In this document: one piece after another, positions 20,507 through 31,370 of the stretch
Layout: every line of letters begins with the position of its first letter
Position numbering within the stretch: position 1 is the first letter of the stretch
Assembly (NCBI GenBank): GCA_963803705.1
Contig: CAWDNU010000003.1
Span: forward strand, 160,001 to 224,000
Source: an uncultured Pseudobdellovibrionaceae bacterium
GTDB taxonomy: Bacteria > Bdellovibrionota > Bdellovibrionia > Bdellovibrionales > UBA1609
DNA length: 64,000 nucleotides
Direction of reading: 5' to 3'
Made by a program: the position numbers and the translations under genes
The notes under the pieces: generated by a model
Told to the model about the DNA's origin: nothing
The model's input: the letters and a program-made list of their open reading frames with translations, nothing else
Databases searched by the model: none

Positions 20507-23038
20507 TTTTTAATTCAGTGTAACGAGACTGACAAAACATCCAGTCAGCTTCAAAACCCTACTGTTCTTTCAACCGACCGTCGATTTGAATCATCTACAG
20601 AGATTGGAAACTTCGTAACCACGGCAATAAGGCGATCCCATGATCTAGATTTCGTGTTTTTGCCATCAAGTTTTTTTTCTAAAGATGACATAATAATGAT
20701 CAAGCCTGGTATGACCGAGCAAGAGATTAATTTAGTGTTAGAGAAATTTCCAAGAGGCCCTAAAGATCAGCTCTTATTGGGTACGATGGAAGGCCGAGAC
20801 ATTAAAGAGTTTGTCTTAGAAAGAGTGCGTGAAACCTATGATGCAGAGCTTGAAGTTGCAGGCCTACATTATAGTATAGCTTTTCGAGGGGGTTTTCCTA
20901 CAGCTGCGAATTTTAATATTGATGGACTATTTGCTTTAAATGACAGAGATTATTACAGAATCGCAATTAGTGATGACTTTTTTTTTGGCTCTGCTTTCCC
21001 AGGATATAAGTACAGAAATAACTTCAACTTTAACTTTAGAAGACAGCGTTATCCTCAGTCTGTCAGAGACAGCATTAAATCCTATCTGAACTCGGGTTTT
21101 AGTTTTCCTTATTGGGGTCAAAAAAGAGCATCGGTATATAAGACCCCCGCACCAGATGTAGGTTTTAAACAAATTTCCGAAATTCAAGGACCTTCACACA
21201 CATCTCCGTTATTTGGTAAAACTGTAAGGACAAAAGGGGTTGTGACCGCTTTCGGAACTGCAGATTGGTATCCATTTGGTCAAGACGTCTACATTCAATC
21301 TAAAAATCCAGATGAAGACGATAAAACCTCTGAAGGTCTGCACGTTTATCTAACTTCAAATAGTGCAAATTTTGATTTGGGTGACGAGATCGAAATCACC
21401 GGGGTCGTTTACGAAGACATACGTCGAAACGGTATGGGACAAACAAGTTTACGTGATATTACCAAATATCAAATTATTTCAGATCCAAGCTTAACTAAGT
21501 TAGAAAAAAAGAAAAATATGCCCGAGGCAACCATCTTAGGGCAAGGCGGCCGGCAAGTCCCAACTACAAGAATTTCCACCTATGGTGGAAATCTTATGAG
21601 AAAGCTTCAACTTAATTTAGATGATGGAATTGATTTCTGGGAAAGCCTAGAAGGAATGCGTGTTGAACTTATTAATCCCAAAATTTTAGGATTTCGCGGC
21701 GGCAAAGAAGACCTAATTGAAGTCAGCGATAGATTTTATTTAAATTTGTACGTGGTAAGCGAAAATCAGTATTCTAAACAAAACGAGACCTATCGTAACG
21801 GTTTAATGATTGATTTTTTTGCGGATGATTTTAATCCTGAAATTGTAGTGATAACTACGAATCATTTATCTAATAATGCAGGTTTAGTTCCTAAGGATAA
21901 AAAAGCTGCCGAATTTGTTTTTAATGTCGGGGACGTAATAGAAGGCCGTGTTCAAGGCGTGATGACTTACCAAAAAAATGTTTTTGGTGGTGGTGAGTAC
22001 GCCATTGTGTTGCCAGAAGCTCAAGAGGCTTTTGAAAAAAGACCCCATAGAAGAGAGTTCATTCCCGTTATTGAGCGGGGAATCACGCAATTAGAGTCTG
22101 TAGCTGACAACGAAATCACCATAGCCACAGCCAATTTAGAAAACTTAGCCGGCCATCAGCTAGATAGAATTAAAGTCTTTGCAGAATCTTTCGCTTATAA
22201 TTTAAAATGTCCTGACATAATTAACTTAGTAGAAATACAAGATAATAACGGTATTTCACTTCGGGACGGGCAGCAGGCAGATGAAACCTTAAAAAAATTG
22301 CAAGGCATGATTCAATCCATGTGCTTAAATAGAGCCTATGATTTCGTAAATGTAGATCCTTTTTTGAACGCCGAGGGCGGACAACCAGGTGGAAATATTC
22401 GAACCTCACTGCTTTATAATACGAACAAATTATCTTACGAATTTAGGGAAGACGGTTCAATAGGTTCACAAGCTATTGTTTTAAAAAAAGGCCGTCTTAG
22501 TTCAAACCCAGGTCGGATCTTTCCAAACCACGAGGCATTTCGAAATAGCCGTAGAAGTGTTGTTACAGAATTTGATTTAAAAAACTCACCAGGCGAAAAG
22601 CTTTACATGATTGGCAATCATTTAAATTCAAAAATTGGAGACATCGATTTTTGGGGTGTAAATCAGCCTGCAAGAGCAAATTCTGATTTTCGCAGAGCCG
22701 CAATGGCTAATAAGATAAGTGATTTTATTAGATGGCTTGAAAAAGAAAACCCTAAAGCGAATATTGTAATCCTGGGTGATTTTAATGCTCTACCGGAAGA
22801 AGGTTCAATGGCACTACTGTCTGAAAGTGAAAGGCTTCTGAAAAATATGATTTTCACTGTGCCCGAAAATGAAAGATATACTACCAATTACAACGGAAGC
22901 AGCCAGCCACTGGACTACATATTTGTGAATAATAATATTTTTAACAAAAACGCAAAGGCTGAAATTCTGCATATTAATTCGGACTTTATGGGCCGTTTGT
23001 CTGATCATGATCCAGTGATTCTTAAAGCCACTTTTTAA
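20318..23038 (+). CDS. Extracellular nuclease lipoprotein: 5'-nucleotidase C-terminal-like domain + OB-fold + EEP domain (true start uncertain, possibly TTG 20429)
   Basis: STEIGNFVTTAIR (5'-NT C-domain); ISEIQGPSHTSP and DDKTSEGL (YhcR/ExeM-like OB); ANLENL, NHLNSK, GDFN, SDHDP (EEP); lipobox LIQC. Confidence 0.85.
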   Translation: MEVRKGNKILTLFFNICLKNEFCGTKNCERNLSASACLKFFRLILKNKVRILFPFLTSIFICPFLIQCNETDKTSSQLQNPTVLSTDRRFESSTEIGNFVTTAIRRSHDLDFVFLPSSFFSKDDIIMIKPGMTEQEINLVLEKFPRGPKDQLLLGTMEGRDIKEFVLERVRETYDAELEVAGLHYSIAFRGGFPTAANFNIDGLFALNDRDYYRIAISDDFFFGSAFPGYKYRNNFNFNFRRQRYPQSVRDSIKSYLNSGFSFPYWGQKRASVYKTPAPDVGFKQISEIQGPSHTSPLFGKTVRTKGVVTAFGTADWYPFGQDVYIQSKNPDEDDKTSEGLHVYLTSNSANFDLGDEIEITGVVYEDIRRNGMGQTSLRDITKYQIISDPSLTKLEKKKNMPEATILGQGGRQVPTTRISTYGGNLMRKLQLNLDDGIDFWESLEGMRVELINPKILGFRGGKEDLIEVSDRFYLNLYVVSENQYSKQNETYRNGLMIDFFADDFNPEIVVITTNHLSNNAGLVPKDKKAAEFVFNVGDVIEGRVQGVMTYQKNVFGGGEYAIVLPEAQEAFEKRPHRREFIPVIERGITQLESVADNEITIATANLENLAGHQLDRIKVFAESFAYNLKCPDIINLVEIQDNNGISLRDGQQADETLKKLQGMIQSMCLNRAYDFVNVDPFLNAEGGQPGGNIRTSLLYNTNKLSYEFREDGSIGSQAIVLKKGRLSSNPGRIFPNHEAFRNSRRSVVTEFDLKNSPGEKLYMIGNHLNSKIGDIDFWGVNQPARANSDFRRAAMANKISDFIRWLEKENPKANIVILGDFNALPEEGSMALLSESERLLKNMIFTVPENERYTTNYNGSSQPLDYIFVNNNIFNKNAKAEILHINSDFMGRLSDHDPVILKATF

Positions 23039-23144
23039 TTGAACCAACACTCACCTGATTACAACCAACCGATTGCACTAAAATATTCTGGCTCGAATAG
23101 TCTGATAAATGATCCAATAAATGGTCAGATAAATCGGCTACCCA

Positions 23145-24629
23145 TCAAATGATGGCCTTTTTATCCACTTCCCAAAAGGAACCCTCGGGTGTGTCCTTCA
23201 CCATGATACCCAATGAGGAAAGTTGGGCACGACATTCATCTGCTTTAGCAAAATCTTTCTGAGCCTTAGCCTCAGTTCTTTGGTTCATTAGGCTAGTCAC
23301 TTTATTCTCATCAATATTCAGCCGCTTCATTAAAATTTTATCAACAGCAGTTAAAAATGTACTTGGTTCTTCAAGAAATAGACTTAGTAACTTTCCCTGT
23401 TTTAATATAAATATTTTGTAAGATTTTGCGATTTCAAAACGCTCATCGGTTTTACCTGATCCAGCGGGACATAAGTAATTAAACTGTCTTACTACATCAA
23501 AAACATGTGACATTGCCTTAGAGGTGTTAAAATCATCATTATATGCTTCACGCATTTGGGCTTCTGTAGACGTCAAAAGTTTATTAAACTCTTCCGGGGC
23601 TTTGAGTGAAGGTATTGGGTCCGCATCTTTTTTACTTAAAAAATATTCGGCATTTTTTAGCGATTCATATATACGCGCTAAGCCCGAAATTGAATTCATA
23701 ATGGTTTTCTCGGAAAATTCTGTTTGAGATCTATAATGAGAAGACAGGACAAGATACTTAAAAATTTCAGGATGGTATTCCGTTAAAAAATCTTTCATAG
23801 TTCTAACATTGCCCAAAGACTTCGACATCTTGCTACCTGAAAATGTGAACATATTATTGTGCACCCAATAGTTAGCATAGTATTTGTTAGAACAGGCCTC
23901 AGCTTGGGCGATTTCATTTTCATGATGGGGAAAGGTTAGATCAAGCCCACCGCCATGGATATCAATAGTTTGTCCCAGGTGTTCAAAAATCATAGCAGTA
24001 CATTCAATGTGCCAACCAGGGCGACCATCACCCCAAGGAGAAGGCCAAGAGATATCGTTTTCTTTTGCAGGCTTCCACAAAGTGAAGTCCAAAGGATTTT
24101 TTTTGTTGGGATCAGGTTCAACCCGAGACCCAGAAATCATATCTTCGGTTTTGCGATTGCTAAGCTTTCCGTAATCTTTAAAGCTAGCAATTGAGTAAAA
24201 CACTTCACCATTTGTTTCGTAGGCCGAACCATTTTCTATAAGTTGTGAAATGATTTTAATAATAGCGTCAAGATTTTCAGTGACTCTTGGATTTAAGTCA
24301 TGTGGCTTTAATTTTAGTGCATTAAAGTCATCCCAAAAAGCTTGGATGTAGGTCTCGATAATTTCTTTGAAGTCCCTGCTTTCGTCTTGGCTACGCTTTA
24401 AAATTTTGTCATCTATATCAGTGAAGTTGTAGGCGTAGGTTACTTTATAGTTTAGTTCTTCAAGCCAGTTTCTTAAAAAATTATAAAATACGGCACCCCT
24501 AAAATTGCCTACGTGCAAGTAATCGTAAACTGTAGGACCACAACAATACATTTTTACTTCGTTGGGAGTAATTGATTCGAAAAGCTCTTTCTTGCCGGAC
24601 AGTGTATTGAAAATAAAAAGTTCACTCAT
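23145..24629 (-). CDS. cysS: Cysteine--tRNA ligase
   Basis: CGPTVYD..HVGN, GRPGWHIEC, FPHHENE, KMSKS. Confidence 0.98.
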   Translation of the reverse strand: MSELFIFNTLSGKKELFESITPNEVKMYCCGPTVYDYLHVGNFRGAVFYNFLRNWLEELNYKVTYAYNFTDIDDKILKRSQDESRDFKEIIETYIQAFWDDFNALKLKPHDLNPRVTENLDAIIKIISQLIENGSAYETNGEVFYSIASFKDYGKLSNRKTEDMISGSRVEPDPNKKNPLDFTLWKPAKENDISWPSPWGDGRPGWHIECTAMIFEHLGQTIDIHGGGLDLTFPHHENEIAQAEACSNKYYANYWVHNNMFTFSGSKMSKSLGNVRTMKDFLTEYHPEIFKYLVLSSHYRSQTEFSEKTIMNSISGLARIYESLKNAEYFLSKKDADPIPSLKAPEEFNKLLTSTEAQMREAYNDDFNTSKAMSHVFDVVRQFNYLCPAGSGKTDERFEIAKSYKIFILKQGKLLSLFLEEPSTFLTAVDKILMKRLNIDENKVTSLMNQRTEAKAQKDFAKADECRAQLSSLGIMVKDTPEGSFWEVDKKAII

Positions 24630-24678
24630 AAGATTTACCTGCAGTATATTTTTTTTAAATTAACCCCAAGAGGTTTGT

Positions 24679-25062
24679 ATGTCGACTCATAAAATGCACC
24701 GTGTAGCTATCAATTCTTACAATACGGCTTACGCAAAGTATTCTAATTTTAAAGTCGGAGCATCCGTGTTGGCTGGTGATCAAGTGTTTGGGGGTTGTAA
24801 TATAGAAAATGCAAGCTTCGGTGCAACCGTGTGTGCCGAGCGAGTGGCAATATGGAAGGCTGTTTCTGAATTAGGGCCAAGTATAAAAATAGATAAATTA
24901 TGTTTAGTTACTAAAGCAGGTGATTTTCCCTGCGGGCTTTGTCTACAGGTAATGTCAGAGTTTATGGCCAGCCCCAAGTCTGAAGTTTTTATATGCTCAG
25001 AGCAGGAGGTGAAGTCGGTTTGCCTATTTGAACAGCTAATGCCTTTTCGTTTTAAACTCTGA
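24679..25062 (+). CDS. cdd: Cytidine deaminase
   Basis: YSNFKVGA, NIENASFG..CAER, PCGLC. Confidence 0.93.
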   Translation: MSTHKMHRVAINSYNTAYAKYSNFKVGASVLAGDQVFGGCNIENASFGATVCAERVAIWKAVSELGPSIKIDKLCLVTKAGDFPCGLCLQVMSEFMASPKSEVFICSEQEVKSVCLFEQLMPFRFKL

Positions 25063-25296
25063 CCACTTGAGTAGCATAAAAATCAATTCTTTTCCTTTCC
25101 ATAAATATTGCTTATGAAGCAAGGCGCAAATTCGCTTAGATTGGTCGTTTAAAGGCCTAGCCATAAATATTTCTTTGCTATCAAAAGATTATCTTTGTAC
25201 GATTTTAGTTCGGCTAGATTTAGGGCTAGCCTAGGGGACTTAAAAGCTAATCACATAATTACCTTTTTATAGTTTAGTTAGTTTTTAAAATTGTGA

Positions 25297-26166
25297 ATGA
25301 TCAAATTGGGGGATGATTTGATATTTAATTCAGGATTCAAGCTATTAAGCATTTTTTGTTTTTTTTCCATAGTCTTACTATCAACTTTCGGATTTGCTCA
25401 GACAGACCCGAACGATCCAACTTCGCCTAACTATCGTGGAAAAAGCAAGACCTATCAAAAAAAATACTTCGCATCTTTTGGGGCTACAGTGGGGCAAGGC
25501 TTCGATGAATTCTCAGAGGCTTTTGGTGTCTACAGTTTTTCGGGCAGCTATGCTTTGGATAAATCCTCAATCACTACAAATATTGAATATTCGAATCCAT
25601 TAGATGGTGACACGGCAGATGTGGCCCCGTGGAGATTTGAAGATGTTGAATTTGTTTGGAATGCGCCTTCACTTAAGCCGATTATTTTAGGTGGCAAGAC
25701 AGTAACGTTTTCACCTCGGGTGATTTACAGAGCACCAGTTTCTGATACAGCTAGAAATGCGTTTAGCTATGGTACCCTAATCGGAACTTTAATCGGCTCT
25801 TTAAGTGAGGGACGGTTTACCTTTATTGTATCACCATCAATAAATTTAAGTTATCACGAGTTCGATACAGCAAATAAAGCTGGTACAATCAAAAATATAC
25901 CTTTAGCTGGCTCAATTGCAGCAACAGTTAGGGTCACATTGGTTAAAAACTTGTTTTTAACAGGGTCTGCATTTTTCTATAACGGTTGGGATTATGATTT
26001 CAATCAGATACCAGTTAACGGTGCATCTTCAAATATTTATTACCAAGTAAATCCTAAGTTAGGTTTAACGGCCTATGTGAGTTGGCGTGACCGTGTTCTA
26101 ACAAATAATTCATTGTTTGATGACGAGACATCTAATATGGGTTTGGGATTTATAACAAATTTTTAG
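25297..26166 (+). CDS. Small outer-membrane beta-barrel protein (module 1)
   Basis: Signal peptide, amphipathic strands, C-terminal F; WRD..LFDD motif shared with 54628. Confidence 0.7.
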   Translation: MIKLGDDLIFNSGFKLLSIFCFFSIVLLSTFGFAQTDPNDPTSPNYRGKSKTYQKKYFASFGATVGQGFDEFSEAFGVYSFSGSYALDKSSITTNIEYSNPLDGDTADVAPWRFEDVEFVWNAPSLKPIILGGKTVTFSPRVIYRAPVSDTARNAFSYGTLIGTLIGSLSEGRFTFIVSPSINLSYHEFDTANKAGTIKNIPLAGSIAATVRVTLVKNLFLTGSAFFYNGWDYDFNQIPVNGASSNIYYQVNPKLGLTAYVSWRDRVLTNNSLFDDETSNMGLGFITNF

Positions 26167-26208
26167 ATTGAGTTTTTAATTACATATTAATTAAATAGGG
26201 GTGGGGAT

Positions 26209-29200
26209 ATGAAAAAGATGAATTTAGTTTTTAAACTAGCTACAACAAGTTTAATTGCTCTTAGCGCCGCATGCGTTAAGCAGCATCCTGTAGATAGCAG
26301 CCTGAACGACAGAGCCAGAATTCAAAACGGTGAATTAGTTGACATCTCTTCCTTAAAAGCGACCTACGTGGTTTCAACAAACAGTGTTGAAACCGCTTTG
26401 CCGTCTTCAACGGATCGACCCGAGTTGAACTATTTCGATATCGAATCTTCTAATTACAAAGCTCAGACATCCGGGGATCCAGAACCTTCTGGTATGTCAG
26501 TTGTTGATCAAGTGGTTGTGAACAAAGGTGTAGATGAAATTCGTTTTTTAGACAAAGTAGGCTTTGAAACTAACGCCCCTTTACTTAAAAATAATGTGGC
26601 CAAAGTGGATTTTTTAGGTAAGCCAAATAAAACTTATGACATTAAGTACAAGTTAACACCTTCGAATTTAGTCATGATGAAAATAGTAGATGAAGATGAG
26701 ATCACTCACCACGAAAGGCCTTATGCAGATAATTTAGGTCAGGGTAAGTATGCAGTGCCGTTAGGTGGCTACCCTATCGACACTTTGAGAAGAAAAAGGG
26801 CACTTAACGACGACGATGATGTTACAAACCGATACCAGTATGTGACCGCAAAACTTAGATTCAACGAAGATGGTTCGTTAGATCTATCGTGTAAATCTTG
26901 CGCTAATTTTATAGATCTTGACCCTGACGATCAGGGATTTCAAAAATTTATTGTAGTCACTGATAAAAAGGATGTTTATCCGGCTAGTTATTTTACCGGG
27001 GAATGGTACTTTTCTGAAGGAGTGGTAAATACTAAGCCTGGTAGTGAAACTGCTATTGGATTTATTAGTGGATCTTTCGATGCTGACTTTAGAAATGCTT
27101 CTAAAATTAAATTTTTTAGAACACCAAATGCAATCAAAGGTTACAATATAGCCATCGATGAAGAACTTAAAGATGATGATAGCCTAAATCTTAGTCCTGT
27201 GATTTCAATACCTGCCGAAGGCAAAAACTATCAGCTGGCTGAAACAGGTTTGTTTAGACAGTTACAAGAAGTAGAGGTGCCAAATATTTCAGTTGAGGCA
27301 GCCCCTTACCTAAAATTTCATTTTGAAGGCCTTTCGACCGTACAAACCATTATTGAAAGCAAGTTTTCTGTTCTTGGCACAATAGGTACGACCAGTGCAG
27401 GGCTACTTAAAGAGGTTATGTTCGGTGAAGATAGTTTTTCGTTAACATTTGAAGATGTAACTAATGGTAGACGTTTACGCTATTCATTTTTAAAAGTTAA
27501 GCCTAGAAACTATCAGCCAAGACGACATTACAAAGAGGATCGTGAAATTTTTGGTTATTTTCCCACCGTCAGAACTCGTTTAAAACGGCCTGCTGAAGAC
27601 TACAGGGAAGAGGATTTCGAAAAGAATATTTTAATTCAAAGGCATAACCCTAATGAGGATGTAGTGTTCTATTTTTCAGACCTTACGCCCAAAGACAATA
27701 ACGGAAAGTGCAGACCATTAGGTGATGACTCCCTAGGTCCACTTTTAGATTCAAAAGGCAATATTAACTACAGGGAAATTGGCCGGCGTTCAATTAAATA
27801 TTGGGATGCCGCTTTTAAATTAGCAGGTGCCCCGAAAGGTGTAATTCTAAATGAAGTGAATGAAGATGGCGTGTGCTTTGATGCACCACTAGGGGACTTA
27901 CAGTTCAACTCTATCAATATGCTAGACACCATTCAGTCTACAAACTTACTAGGTGTAGGCCCCTCGTTAGTCGATCCTTACACAGGCGAAGTGATTAATA
28001 CGACGATGAATGTGCATATAGCTCCATTTAGATCAATTGTTAGTAGCGAAGTTAGAAAATACTTAAGTAGCCGTCTGGGACTATTTGAAGATCGCTCTAA
28101 TAGAATTTCAAATACAATTACCAATAGCAGTACAATCTTAGGACAAACTATTGATACCTATGATGGAATTAAAGAAAGCTTAATTAATTTAATCCCTGTA
28201 AATCTAAGGCGCTATGTCGCAGAACTTTATCACTTTGGTCGCTATGATGCGAATAGGGACCTAAGCCGTTTAGCAAAGTACGGCGCTATCAATAGCAACC
28301 AGCTTTTTGATTTCTACAATGACTATAACGATTTTCAGACCAATTCTAGAGAAGTAAGTTTAGTCCAACTAATAAGCGATAAAGTTCTTCAGACTGAACA
28401 GCTGGTTGTGGGCGAGCAGTACTCACGTGGAAAAATCAACACATTGGACGAGTATAAAAACCGTTTGAGATTGATAGAAAAATATAGACCAGACTTCTAC
28501 AGATCAAGAATGGTGACTGAAGATATCTCTGCACTTACTAGCGTAAATAGTATGGATGCAGATATCAAAGAAAAATGTGATGAAGTCCGAGATTTTGTTG
28601 ATCGAAAAATTGCCGAGGCAGGTCCCGGGCAAACACCTACTGTGACTTCGCGAGAAGAAAATCCGATTGTTAAGTCCTGTATGAATAAAATAATACCTTA
28701 CAAAATTTTAGCTACAGTTGTTCATGAGATGGGTCATAACCTGGGTCTAAGACATAACTTTTACGGTTCTGCAGACCCTAAGAACTTTTTTACTACAGGT
28801 GAAATCAAGAATTTGTATGATGTAACAATTGCGTCTGAGGACAAGTTACCGCAAAGCTCGACCTCGATGGAATACATTCCTTCTGATAAAGACCGGTTAT
28901 ACTTTCCGGGTCACTACGATATAGCAGCTATTCGTTATGGTTATGCTAACGAAGTCGAACTTGCATCGAATGATCGACCAAATTTAGCGAAAAACGTTGT
29001 TCCATTAACTGGTAATCAACAAGCCACTCAATCTGGACCTGAGGGGAGCATTGTCAGTAACCAATCCGAGTTTGGGGCCATTCGAAATTACAAGTACTGC
29101 ACAGATCACCAAGCAACTTTGGATTTTGATCCTATGTGCCAGAGGCATGATTTTGGCACAACACCTGGCGAAGTCGTCAAGGGTTTGATCAACGAATATT

Positions 29201-31137
29201 ACGAAGACCTAGTGGTGTATGGTACAAGATACGACCGGGCTGGTTTAAGTACCGGCATGCGACGAGTTGGAAATCTTTCTCGTCTAAAAAGATTTTACGA
29301 CGAGTGGAGATACAAGCTTGCTGATAAATTAGGTGTAGGTAACGAGTATTTAGATAAGTATGATCCAGCAAGTTACAGGAAGTTACTGGTTAGTTTAGCT
29401 AACGACACTTCGTTTAACGGAAGAGAGTACTTAGCAGTTAGGACTCAAATTTTCGATTTTTTAAATGACGTTACATTCTTAAATAACAAGTACTGTATGA
29501 CCTTTGATCCAATCACCGATCAGCCCTTTATGTTAGAGCTTGAAAAAGCAAGAATTCAAGTCAGAAGCAAAGCACCTGACGCTATTATAGCTAGTTGTGA
29601 AGACAGCCAAGGCTTGGTTCAGGATTACATTGAAAGTCGTGGGCTTATATATTTAGGTGATGTTGGATTTTCTTTGAATGATTATAAATATAAGGTGGAC
29701 GGCAAAGAAGCCTTTGAGGATGCTTTAGATGTAACCGGCACCTTCAATGAGCGTTTGTTTGCAACAGTCTTTTTAACAGAAAGAAGCCAAAGAGTTCCTG
29801 GTTTATTACAGCGTATTCAACCAAGCATGATGGACGAGCCAGATCTTTATCAAAACTTCGAAAGTTTAGTTTTAAGACGAGTCTTAGGTGGAGCAAATAT
29901 TGGTAAATCTGTTTCGTTGCTAGGACAAAGTGATCCAGCGCTTTCAACTCGAGTTCCAGCAGGGTTAAAGCCTATGGTTGATCAGTTTACCTCGATTCCT
30001 GAAGACGCAGTAATTTTAGTAGATAAGTTTGATGCAGAAGGACCCTTACTAAACTTAATGATGAGCCTTCTAGAGCAAGGTGCTAAGAATCCATTTGTCG
30101 ATTCTTCAGCTAGATCAACTAAGTACGGACGATTTATTGATAACTTATCCCAGGCTGATATCGACAGTCTAAGGGAGCAAGGCGGGGTAGCTATACCTGT
30201 CTCTTCTGGACAGTACTTGATTATCCGAGAAGAAAATACTGTATCTATGCAACTAGCTGATCAGTACTTTCAACTGTCACAAAAAGTTGGCTTTGGATTC
30301 TTTATTCAAGAGCAAACTCCGCCTGAAAAAGCAGACCTAGCTTCTGTAGTCTCTTTAAAAATGGAAGATGTAATTTCAGACTTACCAGATACTGCTGGAA
30401 ATTTAACGGCAGAAGACTATCTTGCATTTGCCGCTGAATTTGAAAGAGTTTTTGATATGGAAAGTGAAAGTGTCGGGTATTTCGAAATAGGATTGGCAGG
30501 GGCTTTGACTACTGGTGAATTAGGTCCATACAATTTGTTTTTCAAAAGCTTAGTTGATCAAATCAATGCTAGGGTTGCTGCTGGTATTGACGCTTCTGAT
30601 CTGCAGGCTGAGTTGCAAAACAGAATCAACCAAGTAAATGCAGATGTGCCAAGATTTTTTGCTGTAGCAGAGCAAGCTTTACAGCAACAGTTTGGACCAG
30701 ACTACAAAACAGTTATTCCGCTAAAAGCCGAAATGCAGCAAAAACTAGCACAGGCAATTCTGCCTTCGATTGACGCTTTGTTTGAAAGCTTTGCATTAAC
30801 ATTAAGGGACTATGAACTAAATCAAGAAGAATATATGGCGCACTTCAGAGTGATCCAGGGTATTTTAATGGGCCAAAATGGAGCAGAGCTTGGGGCTCAG
30901 CTTGCTCAGTCTGCACTTACACGGATGGATATAGTCTCTGGGCGCACAAGCACGCCTGTACAAAGATTTATGCAAAGAAATTTTCCTGATACATTCGTAG
31001 ACAGTATGCGCATTGATAATCCCTTACTTAAGCGAAAAGGAAATTTTATGGAAGGAAGGTCGTTATTTGATAACCAAATGATTAAGCAAAGTAGCGCTTT
31101 TGGTGCAGTGCCTGCGGATTTTAGATTCGCAGACTAG
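26209..31137 (+). CDS. Large zinc-dependent metalloprotease lipoprotein (metzincin, EcxA/DUF4953-like)
   Basis: Lipobox LSAAC; GPSLVDPYTGE; HEMGHNLGLRHNF; Met-turn STSMEY; YDIAAIRYGY. Confidence 0.88.
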   Translation: MKKMNLVFKLATTSLIALSAACVKQHPVDSSLNDRARIQNGELVDISSLKATYVVSTNSVETALPSSTDRPELNYFDIESSNYKAQTSGDPEPSGMSVVDQVVVNKGVDEIRFLDKVGFETNAPLLKNNVAKVDFLGKPNKTYDIKYKLTPSNLVMMKIVDEDEITHHERPYADNLGQGKYAVPLGGYPIDTLRRKRALNDDDDVTNRYQYVTAKLRFNEDGSLDLSCKSCANFIDLDPDDQGFQKFIVVTDKKDVYPASYFTGEWYFSEGVVNTKPGSETAIGFISGSFDADFRNASKIKFFRTPNAIKGYNIAIDEELKDDDSLNLSPVISIPAEGKNYQLAETGLFRQLQEVEVPNISVEAAPYLKFHFEGLSTVQTIIESKFSVLGTIGTTSAGLLKEVMFGEDSFSLTFEDVTNGRRLRYSFLKVKPRNYQPRRHYKEDREIFGYFPTVRTRLKRPAEDYREEDFEKNILIQRHNPNEDVVFYFSDLTPKDNNGKCRPLGDDSLGPLLDSKGNINYREIGRRSIKYWDAAFKLAGAPKGVILNEVNEDGVCFDAPLGDLQFNSINMLDTIQSTNLLGVGPSLVDPYTGEVINTTMNVHIAPFRSIVSSEVRKYLSSRLGLFEDRSNRISNTITNSSTILGQTIDTYDGIKESLINLIPVNLRRYVAELYHFGRYDANRDLSRLAKYGAINSNQLFDFYNDYNDFQTNSREVSLVQLISDKVLQTEQLVVGEQYSRGKINTLDEYKNRLRLIEKYRPDFYRSRMVTEDISALTSVNSMDADIKEKCDEVRDFVDRKIAEAGPGQTPTVTSREENPIVKSCMNKIIPYKILATVVHEMGHNLGLRHNFYGSADPKNFFTTGEIKNLYDVTIASEDKLPQSSTSMEYIPSDKDRLYFPGHYDIAAIRYGYANEVELASNDRPNLAKNVVPLTGNQQATQSGPEGSIVSNQSEFGAIRNYKYCTDHQATLDFDPMCQRHDFGTTPGEVVKGLINEYYEDLVVYGTRYDRAGLSTGMRRVGNLSRLKRFYDEWRYKLADKLGVGNEYLDKYDPASYRKLLVSLANDTSFNGREYLAVRTQIFDFLNDVTFLNNKYCMTFDPITDQPFMLELEKARIQVRSKAPDAIIASCEDSQGLVQDYIESRGLIYLGDVGFSLNDYKYKVDGKEAFEDALDVTGTFNERLFATVFLTERSQRVPGLLQRIQPSMMDEPDLYQNFESLVLRRVLGGANIGKSVSLLGQSDPALSTRVPAGLKPMVDQFTSIPEDAVILVDKFDAEGPLLNLMMSLLEQGAKNPFVDSSARSTKYGRFIDNLSQADIDSLREQGGVAIPVSSGQYLIIREENTVSMQLADQYFQLSQKVGFGFFIQEQTPPEKADLASVVSLKMEDVISDLPDTAGNLTAEDYLAFAAEFERVFDMESESVGYFEIGLAGALTTGELGPYNLFFKSLVDQINARVAAGIDASDLQAELQNRINQVNADVPRFFAVAEQALQQQFGPDYKTVIPLKAEMQQKLAQAILPSIDALFESFALTLRDYELNQEEYMAHFRVIQGILMGQNGAELGAQLAQSALTRMDIVSGRTSTPVQRFMQRNFPDTFVDSMRIDNPLLKRKGNFMEGRSLFDNQMIKQSSAFGAVPADFRFAD

Positions 31138-31370
31138 TAAAAATTTAATTAGGTTTTTGTTGTGTTAATAAAAATCATCGGTTAAATCTTTTGAAGCTCA
31201 GGTTTAAAAAGCGACTTTAAGCAACCACAACTCTTTTTTGCTTGTGGACGTGCGACGATAAGGTGCTTAAGCACTTGGGCTTTTTGTTTTTAGTGAAATA
31301 GTACAGAAGACTTAAAACCTAAACTCGATCGTTAACTTAAATTTTGAATTCTAACGTCCAGAGGCTTTCA

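Noticed and set aside
23101..23136. Three imperfect 12-bp repeats (TCnrATAAATnr) between the nuclease gene and cysS
   Set aside because: Short, AT-rich and degenerate; consistent with slippage
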